A DNA stretch of 64,000 bases from an uncultured Candidatus Saccharibacteria bacterium (GTDB lineage Bacteria > Patescibacteriota > Saccharimonadia > Saccharimonadales > 2-12-FULL-41-12): NCBI GenBank assembly GCA_947085855.1, contig CAMTYB010000001.1, forward strand, positions 564,427 through 628,426, in the 5' to 3' direction. Positions within the stretch are counted from its first letter, which is position 1, and each line of letters begins with the position of its first letter. The notes below the pieces were generated by a model. The model saw only the letters and a list, made by a program, of their open reading frames with translations. It was not told the DNA's origin and did no database searches. Positions 29,076-37,475 of the stretch are shown one piece after another. The translations under genes and the position numbers were made by a program.

Positions 29076-29135
29076 CTAAGCCTTATTGACTTTCTTGGGC
29101 TTTTTGACTTCTTTGCGCCCTTTATCTTTCGCCAT
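29076..29135 (-). CDS. Small basic peptide MAKDKGRKEVKKPKKVNKA
   Basis: 19 codons; start overlaps the upstream stop (TAATG). Confidence 0.5.
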   Translation of the reverse strand: MAKDKGRKEVKKPKKVNKA

Positions 29136-29215
29136 TACGCGGCTACTTTCTTGGGTGCAAATTGAATCGGCGTTGTGTATTTGATTGTTGATAGTAGGAT
29201 TGTTGCCCTGGTCAT
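29135..29215 (-). CDS. Small peptide MTRATILLSTIKYTTPIQFAPKKVAA
   Basis: 26 codons, AAGGA RBS, stop coupled to the next ORF. Confidence 0.4.
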   Translation of the reverse strand: MTRATILLSTIKYTTPIQFAPKKVAA

Positions 29216-29344
29216 AGGATGTCCTTAAGATTATCTTACTCAACTAGGTCGACGACAATCTTTCCTTCATTCTCCTCTAAACAATGCTTTAGGGTTGAAG
29301 TGGACTAAGCTACCTCTCATTATACGCTGATAAGAGTTAATGAC

Positions 29345-30004
29345 CTAATTGAGCAATTCGGATACGCGCTTAATTAAGCCTGGGCGAGCTTCACCATTAA
29401 AATTATGGTCACCACTAATCTGCTCTAAATCTATAGACTCGGTGGTATTGTCGAAGTTTGTTATGCCTAGAACATCATCTTCGTTGGCAATAATGAAAAT
29501 AGTTTTTACACGCTGCGCCAGATTATTGTAGAGCTGCATTACGTTAAGAGGCCGGGCGCTTTCCCAGTAAGCTTTGGGGACTATGGTAATAGAGCCGTCC
29601 CGGCGAACAATTTTTGAGACACCCTCAAGATCAATTTTGCTACCTGCGGCGTTGCGGAAGCGTCCGGCTATTCTTTCCACGCTCACATTATCGGGTGGAG
29701 CCAAACATATGACACGCCTGACATTGTCTAGGTTAGCCAAAGCTGCCACAATGCTGCCTTGCGAATGGGCCACAATATCGATTACTTTCTCCTCGCCATC
29801 ATCTAATGTGCTTAGTATGGTATTGAGTCGTTTGACTTGTTCCTGGAAAGGATTGACAGTTAGCTCATTATTCTCTGGATTAATATCGTTATAGTCGAAC
29901 AAGATATGCTCGTATCCTGGCATGGAGGCAGAGATGTCAGCCAGTAAACCTCGGTCGGTTCTGTCGACTCCAAAACCATGTGAATAGACAATGAAATGTT
30001 TCAT
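29345..30004 (-). CDS. Alpha/beta hydrolase
   Basis: YSHGFG oxyanion region, AHSQG nucleophile elbow, acidic D and GDHNF. Confidence 0.85.
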   Translation of the reverse strand: MKHFIVYSHGFGVDRTDRGLLADISASMPGYEHILFDYNDINPENNELTVNPFQEQVKRLNTILSTLDDGEEKVIDIVAHSQGSIVAALANLDNVRRVICLAPPDNVSVERIAGRFRNAAGSKIDLEGVSKIVRRDGSITIVPKAYWESARPLNVMQLYNNLAQRVKTIFIIANEDDVLGITNFDNTTESIDLEQISGDHNFNGEARPGLIKRVSELLN

Positions 30005-30029
30005 CTCAATATGATAGCAAACGGTTGGC

Positions 30030-30353
30030 TTACGTTCTGTGGTGATCTACAGCCAAGCAAGCCACGCGTGCGATCAAATCTTCCTGCGCAGAAGCAAACC
30101 GGGTCTCGATGTGTGTGCGGGGAAGAGCTCCCTGGTTCGAAAAGACTGCAAAAAAGTCACCTTGCTCGGGTGCTGGTAAGGGCTCTTGTCTGATGTGAAT
30201 TGTGACGTCAGAGTCTAGAAGCGTAACCTCAAATAACCTGAAATTTGGCTTGACGGTGTATTCGTCCTCCGCACCCAACGGTATTTCTGCTATTTTTGTA
30301 CGTTCACCGGCATTTTCTATGATCGGTATTTGATCAATATGTATATTTGCCAT
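30030..30353 (-). CDS. Hypothetical protein
   Basis: 107-aa ORF only. Confidence 0.5.
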   Translation of the reverse strand: MANIHIDQIPIIENAGERTKIAEIPLGAEDEYTVKPNFRLFEVTLLDSDVTIHIRQEPLPAPEQGDFFAVFSNQGALPRTHIETRFASAQEDLIARVACLAVDHHRT

Positions 30354-30416
30354 ACTAAGACTATTCCTTTTGTGTGTAAATTTTGCAAGCTTAAGAAAAA
30401 AGATTAACCCATGGCA

Positions 30417-31541
30417 TTACTTTTGTAGAAGCGCTTGCCTGAGACTATAGAATGCTGGCTTTGGTTTGTAGTTAGCGTCAAATATCAAAGGGCTAGAATT
30501 CGGCGTGCCTGGTAAGTAGTTGTACCACGTTTCTTTGTCGGTTATGCCGAGCAGGGAGAAGCTAGGACAAACTTCTGACTCTATGCAGGCGCGCATCATC
30601 TCGTAGTAAATGCCTGACTGTATGTCGTCTCGGGCTTTCGCGTCAGCCTTGACATCATTCATGTTGACATCGAGTTCTGTGACATAGACCTTGACGCCGA
30701 GTTCACCAAATCGTTTCATGTTTGCAACAACTTCATCTTTGACCGGAGGATGGGAGCCGTCAATGTGCATCTGCATGCCAATACCATCAATCGGTATGCC
30801 GCGTTGCTTGGCGCCTTTTATATAGTCGTACATTGCGTTTGATGTCTCGTTCATGCTTTCGTTATTAAAGTCATTTAGCAATAACTTTGAATGTGGGTCG
30901 GCCTGACGAGCCCAAATAAAAGATTGGTCAATGTAGCTCTGATCGCCAATATTATCGGCCCACCAGTCATTCAGGCCGTACAGGTGTTGATCGCGAGTAA
31001 ATGCTTCATTTACTACTGACCATTGCAACACTCTGCCTTTATAGCGATTTCCCATCGTTGAGATGTGATTCTTAATTAGGCCCATGAGCTGTTCCTTTGT
31101 GTAGTTGCCGTTAATAAGCCAGTTCGGCAGCCATTTTTCTTCACCCCAAATGTAGTGGTGCATTTCGATGTCCATATTATTCTTTTCGGCAAATTCTACA
31201 ACTTGATCCACGCGGCTAAAGTTAAATGTTTTTTCAGAAGGACGTAAGTCGGTATCGGTAAAGTGCCAGTTCGGCTGGTTATCGGCAAGAGCAAGGTCAA
31301 ATTGGGAGGTCAATATATCGGTGTATGGCTTCTCGTCAAAAAGCTTGGGCATCGCAAAATTACCAAGTTGAATATTCTTTTCGGCTGCCAGTGACTTGAG
31401 CGAGGGCTCGGGCAGATCTGGGGTGACAGTTGTATTAGTTTTGTCGCCAGCCAGAAACAAGCCGAGGACTGTTATTCCCGCAACAGCGACTATCGGCACA
31501 CCAAACTTTTTAGTTCGTATGAATGACAGTAGGCGTTTCAT
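30417..31541 (-). CDS. GH10 endo-1,4-beta-xylanase-like protein, membrane-anchored
   Basis: WSVVNEA (acid/base), LNDFN, IDGIGMQMH and VTELDV (nucleophile); N-terminal TM. Confidence 0.9.
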   Translation of the reverse strand: MKRLLSFIRTKKFGVPIVAVAGITVLGLFLAGDKTNTTVTPDLPEPSLKSLAAEKNIQLGNFAMPKLFDEKPYTDILTSQFDLALADNQPNWHFTDTDLRPSEKTFNFSRVDQVVEFAEKNNMDIEMHHYIWGEEKWLPNWLINGNYTKEQLMGLIKNHISTMGNRYKGRVLQWSVVNEAFTRDQHLYGLNDWWADNIGDQSYIDQSFIWARQADPHSKLLLNDFNNESMNETSNAMYDYIKGAKQRGIPIDGIGMQMHIDGSHPPVKDEVVANMKRFGELGVKVYVTELDVNMNDVKADAKARDDIQSGIYYEMMRACIESEVCPSFSLLGITDKETWYNYLPGTPNSSPLIFDANYKPKPAFYSLRQALLQK

Positions 31542-31604
31542 GAACAGTGGCCCCAAAATTTATAGCAGTGCGGAGACTGGCTAAATGCAAGCCCCCACTT
31601 AGTG

Positions 31605-31739
31605 CTAGCTACTCTCAGTTTGTTCAGGCTTAGTTGTTTCTGCCGGCTTTGTATCTTCGTCAGGTTTGTCGCCCGTACGAATATACTCAGAGAAGTGTAC
31701 TTTTTGTTTAGTGTCTTTAATCGGTGTAAATACTGACAT
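31605..31739 (-). CDS. Small hydrophilic protein (44 aa)
   Basis: MSVFTPIKDTKQKVHFSEYIRTGDKPDEDTKPAETTKPEQTESS; GAAAGG RBS. Confidence 0.45.
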   Translation of the reverse strand: MSVFTPIKDTKQKVHFSEYIRTGDKPDEDTKPAETTKPEQTESS

Positions 31740-31920
31740 ATGGATGCCTTTCGCTAAGATTGTTACTTGCAAATCCAGTAACAATCTTTATCGATTAGCT
31801 CCCGCACGAGATATTTAGTGTTGTAGTGGTTTACGTATCTCTTACTATACGCTTGGCCTTGACATTATCCTAATCTCATATTATGACATATAAAGATACC
31901 TCTGTTGGACGTATTAAGCA

Positions 31921-32220
31921 TTACTTAAGAGGTCGCTTCTTCTTTTCATGTTCTACTACCAAAAAGGAGCCTAGTGCAGCACCCAGGGCAACAGGGACTA
32001 TATATAAGTAGTTTGAGATAATCGCAACTATTTCAACAGCTAGAGTTATATACAATATGAAAGTCACTGCCGCTGACCTTAGGGACTTATGCTGGACCAG
32101 GGAAAACGTAAGTGAAGAGTCCAGCATCTCTATAAACAAATAAAAAACAAAGAATGCAATTGCCGCCAAGAAGTTAAATTTTGCCCAGGCTTCCGAAAGG
32201 GTCATCAGTTCCAGATCCAT
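31921..32220 (-). CDS. Small membrane protein
   Basis: 3 TM, basic C-terminus; TATGAT 6 nt upstream of the ATG. Confidence 0.7.
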   Translation of the reverse strand: MDLELMTLSEAWAKFNFLAAIAFFVFYLFIEMLDSSLTFSLVQHKSLRSAAVTFILYITLAVEIVAIISNYLYIVPVALGAALGSFLVVEHEKKKRPLK

Positions 32221-32249
32221 GACTTAATCATAACAAACCGACGACCAGC

Positions 32250-32278
32250 TTGACTAAAAGTTATATACATTATAAAAT
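32250..32278 (+). promoter_or_regulatory. Sigma-70 promoter for the riboswitch transcript
   Basis: TTGACT-17 bp-TAAAAT. Confidence 0.6.
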
Positions 32279-32297
32279 TTTATTACTGTCTTATGAC

Positions 32298-32447
32298 AGC
32301 ATCAAGAGTACGGCGAGAGATCTAGCTCTGCGACCCGTCAGCAACCTGCTCAGCAAGGTGCTCCACCTAGACCAATTAATTACTAATTGGAAGGATGTCG
32401 CTACAACCAAACTATGTACCAACATCCTTTCGTAAGAAAGGATTTTT
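32298..32447 (+). ncRNA. SAM-I clan (S-box) riboswitch with a terminator/antiterminator platform
   Basis: P1 GCATC/GATGT, J1/2 AAGAG, P2 GAGAGA..GCTCTG-CGA kink-turn, P3 AGCAACC..GGTGCT, pseudoknot TCTAG/CTAGA, P4 CCAATTA/TAATTGG; terminator ATCCTTTC-GTAA-GAAAGGAT-TTTT. Confidence 0.85.
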
Positions 32448-32909
32448 ATGTTTCAAAGAGATTTAAGCGAGACCGAACAAAAGCGGCTTACGCCAGAAAC
32501 AATACCAGAAGGGTGCAGTCCATTTGAGCAATATGTACTCACGTCGCCATTTCAGCGTGAGCTATCACACCACCAGGGTGTCATGTTGGTGGCATCGGCT
32601 ACTATAGGCAGAATAGCTGTGGCCGACAGGTACACTCGCATTAGTCAGGGCGTAGAGAGTGAGGACTGGAAAGTAGGGGTATTTCACTCACAAAGAGACG
32701 GCTTCATCGACATGCGTTCGCCGGACGAATACCGTACAATCCATTTTTCTGACCTGTATCGATCTCCTGAACTTGTTGATTATCAATGGTTTCTGAAGGA
32801 ACAGATTGAATCTCAGATTGCTTTTGAGAGGCGATCAAATTTAGACTGGAGTGAGCAGAAACTTAAGATCTTGCTCGAACAATACCGAAAAGCTAGGATT
32901 GATCAATAG
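32448..32909 (+). CDS. Hypothetical soluble protein under SAM riboswitch control
   Basis: 153-aa ORF starting immediately after the riboswitch terminator. Confidence 0.7.
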   Translation: MFQRDLSETEQKRLTPETIPEGCSPFEQYVLTSPFQRELSHHQGVMLVASATIGRIAVADRYTRISQGVESEDWKVGVFHSQRDGFIDMRSPDEYRTIHFSDLYRSPELVDYQWFLKEQIESQIAFERRSNLDWSEQKLKILLEQYRKARIDQ

Positions 32910-32911
32910 TG

Positions 32912-33433
32912 TTAATATCTGCGCCGCCGCCGGCTTACTTGTGCGATGCCCATCACTGTGAGCACCTTAGGCAAGTCACCTGCATTAGCAATGCCTGCTT
33001 TCAGAACAAGAGGAAGTCGAGTATCGTCATTGCTTTTACTTTCGACTGCAAATACTAAACTAGGCGCACGTATTAAATTCCTGCTGGCCGTAAAGAGTAC
33101 TCCATTCGCAAGTGATGAGTTTTCAACTTTACCTATACCGGAATGCGGATTGCCTGACAGCACCGACGAAATCCCGCTAAATAAAACCGACTGCAAGCTC
33201 GTAGAATCAGCATGAGTGACTGAGCCGGCTATTTTGCGCACCGAGTTACTTAAGCCTACGATGCTTCCATACAAAAATTCACTATCGGCGATTTCAACAG
33301 CCACGGTAGATATATGTGCAGAGGGTGTGTTTATCCATGGATAATTTTCGCCACTGACTTCAACAGATGGATGAGGCCTTACGGCAACTTCTAAATTCGA
33401 CATAACACTACCAAGCTTATTTTTGTGAACCAA
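32912..33433 (-). CDS. Hypothetical protein
   Basis: ORF overlapping the upstream P-loop gene; start may be MSNLEV. Confidence 0.5.
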   Translation of the reverse strand: MVHKNKLGSVMSNLEVAVRPHPSVEVSGENYPWINTPSAHISTVAVEIADSEFLYGSIVGLSNSVRKIAGSVTHADSTSLQSVLFSGISSVLSGNPHSGIGKVENSSLANGVLFTASRNLIRAPSLVFAVESKSNDDTRLPLVLKAGIANAGDLPKVLTVMGIAQVSRRRRRY

Positions 33434-33881
33434 GGTCGACTATATCGCCAAGAAACTGACCTTGCTGCAAAACCACATGGTCGGCATTGCCTTGTACTTC
33501 AAGTTGCCCAACAAATTCATCCCACTTAGCTGCCATTAAATTAATGAAGCCCTCAGGACTACCTCTATCTTCAAAGCGTTGAATGTATTCTTCTTTCAAA
33601 TCTCGTTCTGGGTATGCGAGTGTAAAGCGTATTCCATGATCGACTAAAGCATTTCTAACATCTTCATGAGTAGACACGAGGATCAGGGAAGCAGAGCCGA
33701 TACTTTCGGTAATGTGCTCCATATAGTTAGTGGGAAAATCCGGATTTCTAACTTTTTCAGCACCTTCGCCAAGCCAAGAGTACGAACTAGAGTCAGAGTC
33801 TAAGACCACTCCTTCGCCTGTATAGTTTTTTGTAAAGTGTGATTTGCCTGTGCCAGGAAAGGCGGATAGTACCTTATTCAT
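33417..33881 (-). CDS. Small P-loop kinase-like protein of a type common in phages
   Basis: N-terminal SAFPGTGKS Walker A; LDSDSS, NPDFPTNY and LVSTH. Confidence 0.75.
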   Translation of the reverse strand: MNKVLSAFPGTGKSHFTKNYTGEGVVLDSDSSSYSWLGEGAEKVRNPDFPTNYMEHITESIGSASLILVSTHEDVRNALVDHGIRFTLAYPERDLKEEYIQRFEDRGSPEGFINLMAAKWDEFVGQLEVQGNADHVVLQQGQFLGDIVDLGSQK

Positions 33882-33920
33882 TACTATAATTATAACATAC
33901 TTTACCGTATTTACAATAAC

Positions 33921-34232
33921 TTATAGACTGCCTAAGCCCCAGATAAACATGAAGATGCTGCCTACTATGCTGGAAAGTATGCTTATTGCTAAAGAAATTG
34001 TTGCGGCACCTTCTTTTGATTTGTCCGCTAGGGTGCGACCAATCGTCATGCCGAGCAAAGAAACGAGTAAAAACGGTACGTTATATATGCCGATTAATAT
34101 AAGCTGCAAGCCGGCGTACTGCTGAGTTTCTGTATCTGCCCCAAACATGAGCATAAAGTTGGCAACTACGGGCATGAAGAATAATATGACAAGTAATACT
34201 GTCGCAACTGTTTTGAGGGTTGATAACTTCAT
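33921..34232 (-). CDS. Small membrane protein
   Basis: 3 hydrophobic helices. Confidence 0.6.
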   Translation of the reverse strand: MKLSTLKTVATVLLVILFFMPVVANFMLMFGADTETQQYAGLQLILIGIYNVPFLLVSLLGMTIGRTLADKSKEGAATISLAISILSSIVGSIFMFIWGLGSL

Positions 34233-34289
34233 AATTCTTTATTTTAGATCTACCTAGAACAAGTATAGATTATAAAGTCATAAATTAGT

Positions 34290-34337
34290 AAAAAAGCTCC
34301 AACTTTAGTTGAGGCGTTTTTCTTTGCAGGGTATGTC
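34290..34337. repeat. Copy 1 of a 48-bp imperfect direct repeat (hairpin plus tRNA-3'-like tail)
   Basis: 42/48 identical to 34941-34988 by manual alignment. Confidence 0.8.
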
Positions 34338-34414
34338 CATTCGAATTGGAATCCCTCATCAGAACCAAAAGCCGACGGAAGGAGTTATCGAGGGCAATAG
34401 TATACTAGGTTACC

Positions 34415-34780
34415 CTAAGAACTAGGATTGGAATTAGGTTGGTCTTGTAGGGGAAAGACAGTATCGCAAAACTCAGGAATTTCCTCAGTTGAGGCGACAG
34501 CTTCCCAGGCCGTGACTACTGCGCTACCAAGCAGGCAGGCCTCCTCTGCTGTTATTGGAGGTTCTGTTCTGTAAAGTCTCATGATCGTTGAGTCTCCTTT
34601 AGTGCGCTCGTCCTCAATATCCCCAAATTGTTTTTCAATCGATGCACCTGCTTGCAGTACTACAGCGTGCATAATTCCTTCTAGCTTTTCACGGTATTCC
34701 CGCCAGACTTTGCCTTGAGCATCGTTCTCTATTCCGGGTCGGAATTGGTCGTAGATAAAGGAAGGGTATGAGTCCGCCAT
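34415..34780 (-). CDS. Hypothetical protein between the two repeat copies
   Basis: 121-aa ORF with GGAG RBS and an upstream TATAAT. Confidence 0.6.
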   Translation of the reverse strand: MADSYPSFIYDQFRPGIENDAQGKVWREYREKLEGIMHAVVLQAGASIEKQFGDIEDERTKGDSTIMRLYRTEPPITAEEACLLGSAVVTAWEAVASTEEIPEFCDTVFPLQDQPNSNPSS

Positions 34781-34940
34781 ATTTTCTCCATATGATTAAA
34801 ACTTAAGTACAATTATAACATTTGTTTTAATATATTACAAATTTAGCAGAGGGCAGGACTATAGTTTCTCGCTGGGTTCGACATACTATTCTCGCTAACC
34901 GCTCGATTATTGAACGTTCGCAGCCTAGACTCTGCACAAG

Positions 34941-34999
34941 AAAAAAGCCCCAACTTTCGTTGAGGCGTTTTTCTTGGTAGAGCATGTCGGTCTGGAACC
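34941..34999 (-). repeat. Copy 2 of the repeat; degenerate tRNA 3' fragment plus terminator, candidate left junction of the island
   Basis: Minus strand GGTTCCAGACCGACATGCTCTACCA, then hairpin GCCTCAAC-GAAA-GTTGGGGC and a U-tract. Confidence 0.65.
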
Positions 35000-35179
35000 T
35001 CACTATAGAGGTGAGTGAGACAAATGAGACACAGAACGCCTTAAAAGGGGATGTTTCATTTTTTGCTGGCTAACAGTTATGTTTATGACATACATATCGT
35101 AAAACCGAACAAATCCCGCACTTGCTCCGCTTAATAGTATTATTCCATCGGAATAGCCACTGAATCCTTGCGAAAGTGG

Positions 35180-36211
35180 CTATTTTGCTTTCTGCTCGGC
35201 ATCAATAAGCGGCTTATACCACTTAGCCATGTCGTCAAAATTGGCAAAGGCCTGCGGCACAGGATTATTGGATATAAACTTAGCTTCCCAGTACTGATTC
35301 CAGTAAGCCTCAATTGAACGTCGAGGATGTTTGGTAATGAATGAGTCATAAAAACTATCAAGCACATCAAAGTGGTGGGTATGGATAAAGGGGTCCCAGG
35401 TTTCCCGAAGCTTATCATGATCGGCACCCGGGCGGTTGATAATTTCAGTCTGCTCCATTGCCCGGTCATTGTTATCACCCCAGCCTTTCTTTAGTAGCTC
35501 AATGGCCTCTTTGTCAGTTGTTGGAGCACTATAGCCAAAGGCCGTAAACATGAAACAACCCTTCAAATAAAATCGGGCTGCCTGCCACTCGCGTTTAATG
35601 AAGCTGTCTGCCTGATAATCTTTGTTTTCAACCGGGTATAGTAACTCAGAAGGCATGAATGGTTCCCGGCACTTGCTACACGGTCGACCAGCCAACCCGC
35701 TCGTATTGTCTTTCCCGCAGAAGCCCACAGTTACATTACCATGTAAAAAGAACAGCTTCGGGAAGCTCGTGGTAATGCCAAGTTTAGCTAGCCGGATTCG
35801 GGATTGCATCAAAAACGGATCCCAATTAAACGTAAAAATAGCATCTTTATCACGCAGGGATAGATTGATTATGTCGTATAGGTTCGGCTCATCCGTCAGC
35901 TCAAGCTCCGAAAAATATTCACGCACCAGTGAATCAATCTTGCGCAATTCTTCAGATGGACCTAAGCCGAACAGTTTTGAATAAGCAGCCTCAAAATCTT
36001 GTACTGCCAGTACTTTTAAGTTGTCAGGAAATAGGTCTACCAGCTTTAGACCTTCGGCTACATCGCGAAGCAGCGGTACTGTCCGGCCATACTTATCACC
36101 GTCAGGCAAGGCGGCTTTACTTGCTCCAGCCCCCAGTAGAAGTACATGCGGCTTACCATGAAACGGGTTAGCAATTTCCTGTTCAACGGTGATTTCGTAG
36201 CCAGACGTCAT
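35180..36211 (-). CDS. SIR2-like domain protein (candidate NADase defence effector)
   Basis: LLLGAGAS, FTFNWD, FLHGN, C..CSKC and FGYS..D motifs. Confidence 0.78.
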   Translation of the reverse strand: MTSGYEITVEQEIANPFHGKPHVLLLGAGASKAALPDGDKYGRTVPLLRDVAEGLKLVDLFPDNLKVLAVQDFEAAYSKLFGLGPSEELRKIDSLVREYFSELELTDEPNLYDIINLSLRDKDAIFTFNWDPFLMQSRIRLAKLGITTSFPKLFFLHGNVTVGFCGKDNTSGLAGRPCSKCREPFMPSELLYPVENKDYQADSFIKREWQAARFYLKGCFMFTAFGYSAPTTDKEAIELLKKGWGDNNDRAMEQTEIINRPGADHDKLRETWDPFIHTHHFDVLDSFYDSFITKHPRRSIEAYWNQYWEAKFISNNPVPQAFANFDDMAKWYKPLIDAEQKAK

Positions 36212-36233
36212 ATAAAAGCCTTTAATTCATTAG

Positions 36234-36875
36234 CTAAGAGGCTAGTAACTCTGGTTTCCGTACGACTTGAATTACGGTACCACCAATTAAACCCTCCCAA
36301 TTATCTTGAGGATTTATGACTATCGGTTGAAAATCTTGCGAAGACTCAGAATGCAATACTATCAGCTCGTTTTCATAATCAAAATGGACACTTTTTATAT
36401 TTGATAGTCCTTCATGAATCACCGTCACTACCTCACCTTCTTTAGGTGTCTTTTTAGAACTGTCTACGATTACGTATGCTCCATTTTCTATATGATTTCC
36501 TCTAATTTTAGCTTTATTCATGGATTCGCCATCTACTTCTAATGCATAGAGGTCACTATAATTTGAGTTAGGCAGTAAAGATGCAGAAACTTTTAGAGTT
36601 CCAAGTTCATCTGATCCTGCAACGTGAGTTGCTGGTCCAGCATTTGCCTTTCCAAGAATTGGAATAGTAACTAAGCGAGCAGTTGTAGCGACTATGTTGC
36701 CCGCATTGCTAATGAGCCCTTCTTCCTTAAGCTTAATAATAATGTTCTTAACAATTTGCGGGTGCACGGAGCCACTGACTGGATTGGCTATTTGACGGCC
36801 AATTTCCCTATAACTCAGCTTATTGATATCCATCACCCGTGCTAAGCGTTGTATTTTTTCACGAGTTTCTAACAT
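36234..36875 (-). CDS. LexA/CI-like repressor with an S24 peptidase domain
   Basis: N-terminal HTH (SYREIGRQI), ANAG cleavage site, VDGESM catalytic Ser, SNIK catalytic Lys. Confidence 0.85.
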   Translation of the reverse strand: MLETREKIQRLARVMDINKLSYREIGRQIANPVSGSVHPQIVKNIIIKLKEEGLISNAGNIVATTARLVTIPILGKANAGPATHVAGSDELGTLKVSASLLPNSNYSDLYALEVDGESMNKAKIRGNHIENGAYVIVDSSKKTPKEGEVVTVIHEGLSNIKSVHFDYENELIVLHSESSQDFQPIVINPQDNWEGLIGGTVIQVVRKPELLAS

Positions 36876-36936
36876 ATTCCTATATTAACAGAGGAGAAGC
36901 GTATTCGTCAATTAGAGTTGATTAACTATATTATTC

Positions 36937-36966
36937 TTGACAGCCCCCTGTCAAAACTCCTATAAT
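36937..36966 (+). promoter_or_regulatory. Promoter with a palindromic operator over the -35 box
   Basis: TTGACAG-CCCC-CTGTCAA (36937-36954); TTGACA-18 bp-TATAAT. Confidence 0.7.
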
Positions 36967-37098
36967 TATTGGTAGCTAATGTGTGAAATAAACATATAGC
37001 AAAATCGCCGCGAAAGCCCTAGGAAAGCACAAACGCAGCGATTTATTGGACGATTGAGTCGTCCTCTCTATATTAACAAATAATGGAGGGTAAACACC

Positions 37099-37212
37099 AT
37101 GGGTAAAACCACCAAACCAACACCAAAGTATCGAGACGCCGGCTCAGGCCAATACGTCAAACCTTCATATGCGAAATCGCATCCGAAGACAACGGTTAAG
37201 GAGAGCAAATAA
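37099..37212 (+). CDS. Small basic protein (37 aa) of the RD-x-x-(S/T)GQ(F/Y)...P-x-TT-V type
   Basis: MGKTTKPTPKYRDAGSGQYVKPSYAKSHPKTTVKESK; GGAGG RBS; TAATG overlap with the next gene. Confidence 0.75.
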   Translation: MGKTTKPTPKYRDAGSGQYVKPSYAKSHPKTTVKESK

Positions 37213-37475
37213 TGGCTGACCGAGCAGTTAACCGGGCACGACATGATAGCGACGGCGATGTCACTGCAATCGGTAATCCAATCATGGCATGGTCGCCTCG
37301 TCTGAAGCGCGACGCGATCGATGACATAGAAAATGATGTGCACACCTATTATGTTCCGTGGAAAGTCAGTGGGCGATCGGAAATCAGAGTGGTTAATGGC
37401 CCTAACGGTAAGTATCTGCGAACTGATCGAGACGATACCCCAAAAAACAATCTTGATGATTTGGATGAGTGTTAG
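37212..37475 (+). CDS. DUF3892-like protein
   Basis: GKYLRTDRDDTPKNNLDDL C-terminal signature. Confidence 0.8.
   Translation: MADRAVNRARHDSDGDVTAIGNPIMAWSPRLKRDAIDDIENDVHTYYVPWKVSGRSEIRVVNGPNGKYLRTDRDDTPKNNLDDLDEC

Noticed and set aside
32250-32435. 61-aa ORF
   Set aside because: It starts at the -35 box and overlaps the SAM riboswitch, which explains the sequence better
34975-34999. Exact att duplication of tRNA-fMet, or an intact tRNA
   Set aside because: Only the terminal CTACCA and GGTTC match 51102-51126, and no D or anticodon arm is present; kept only as a degenerate scar
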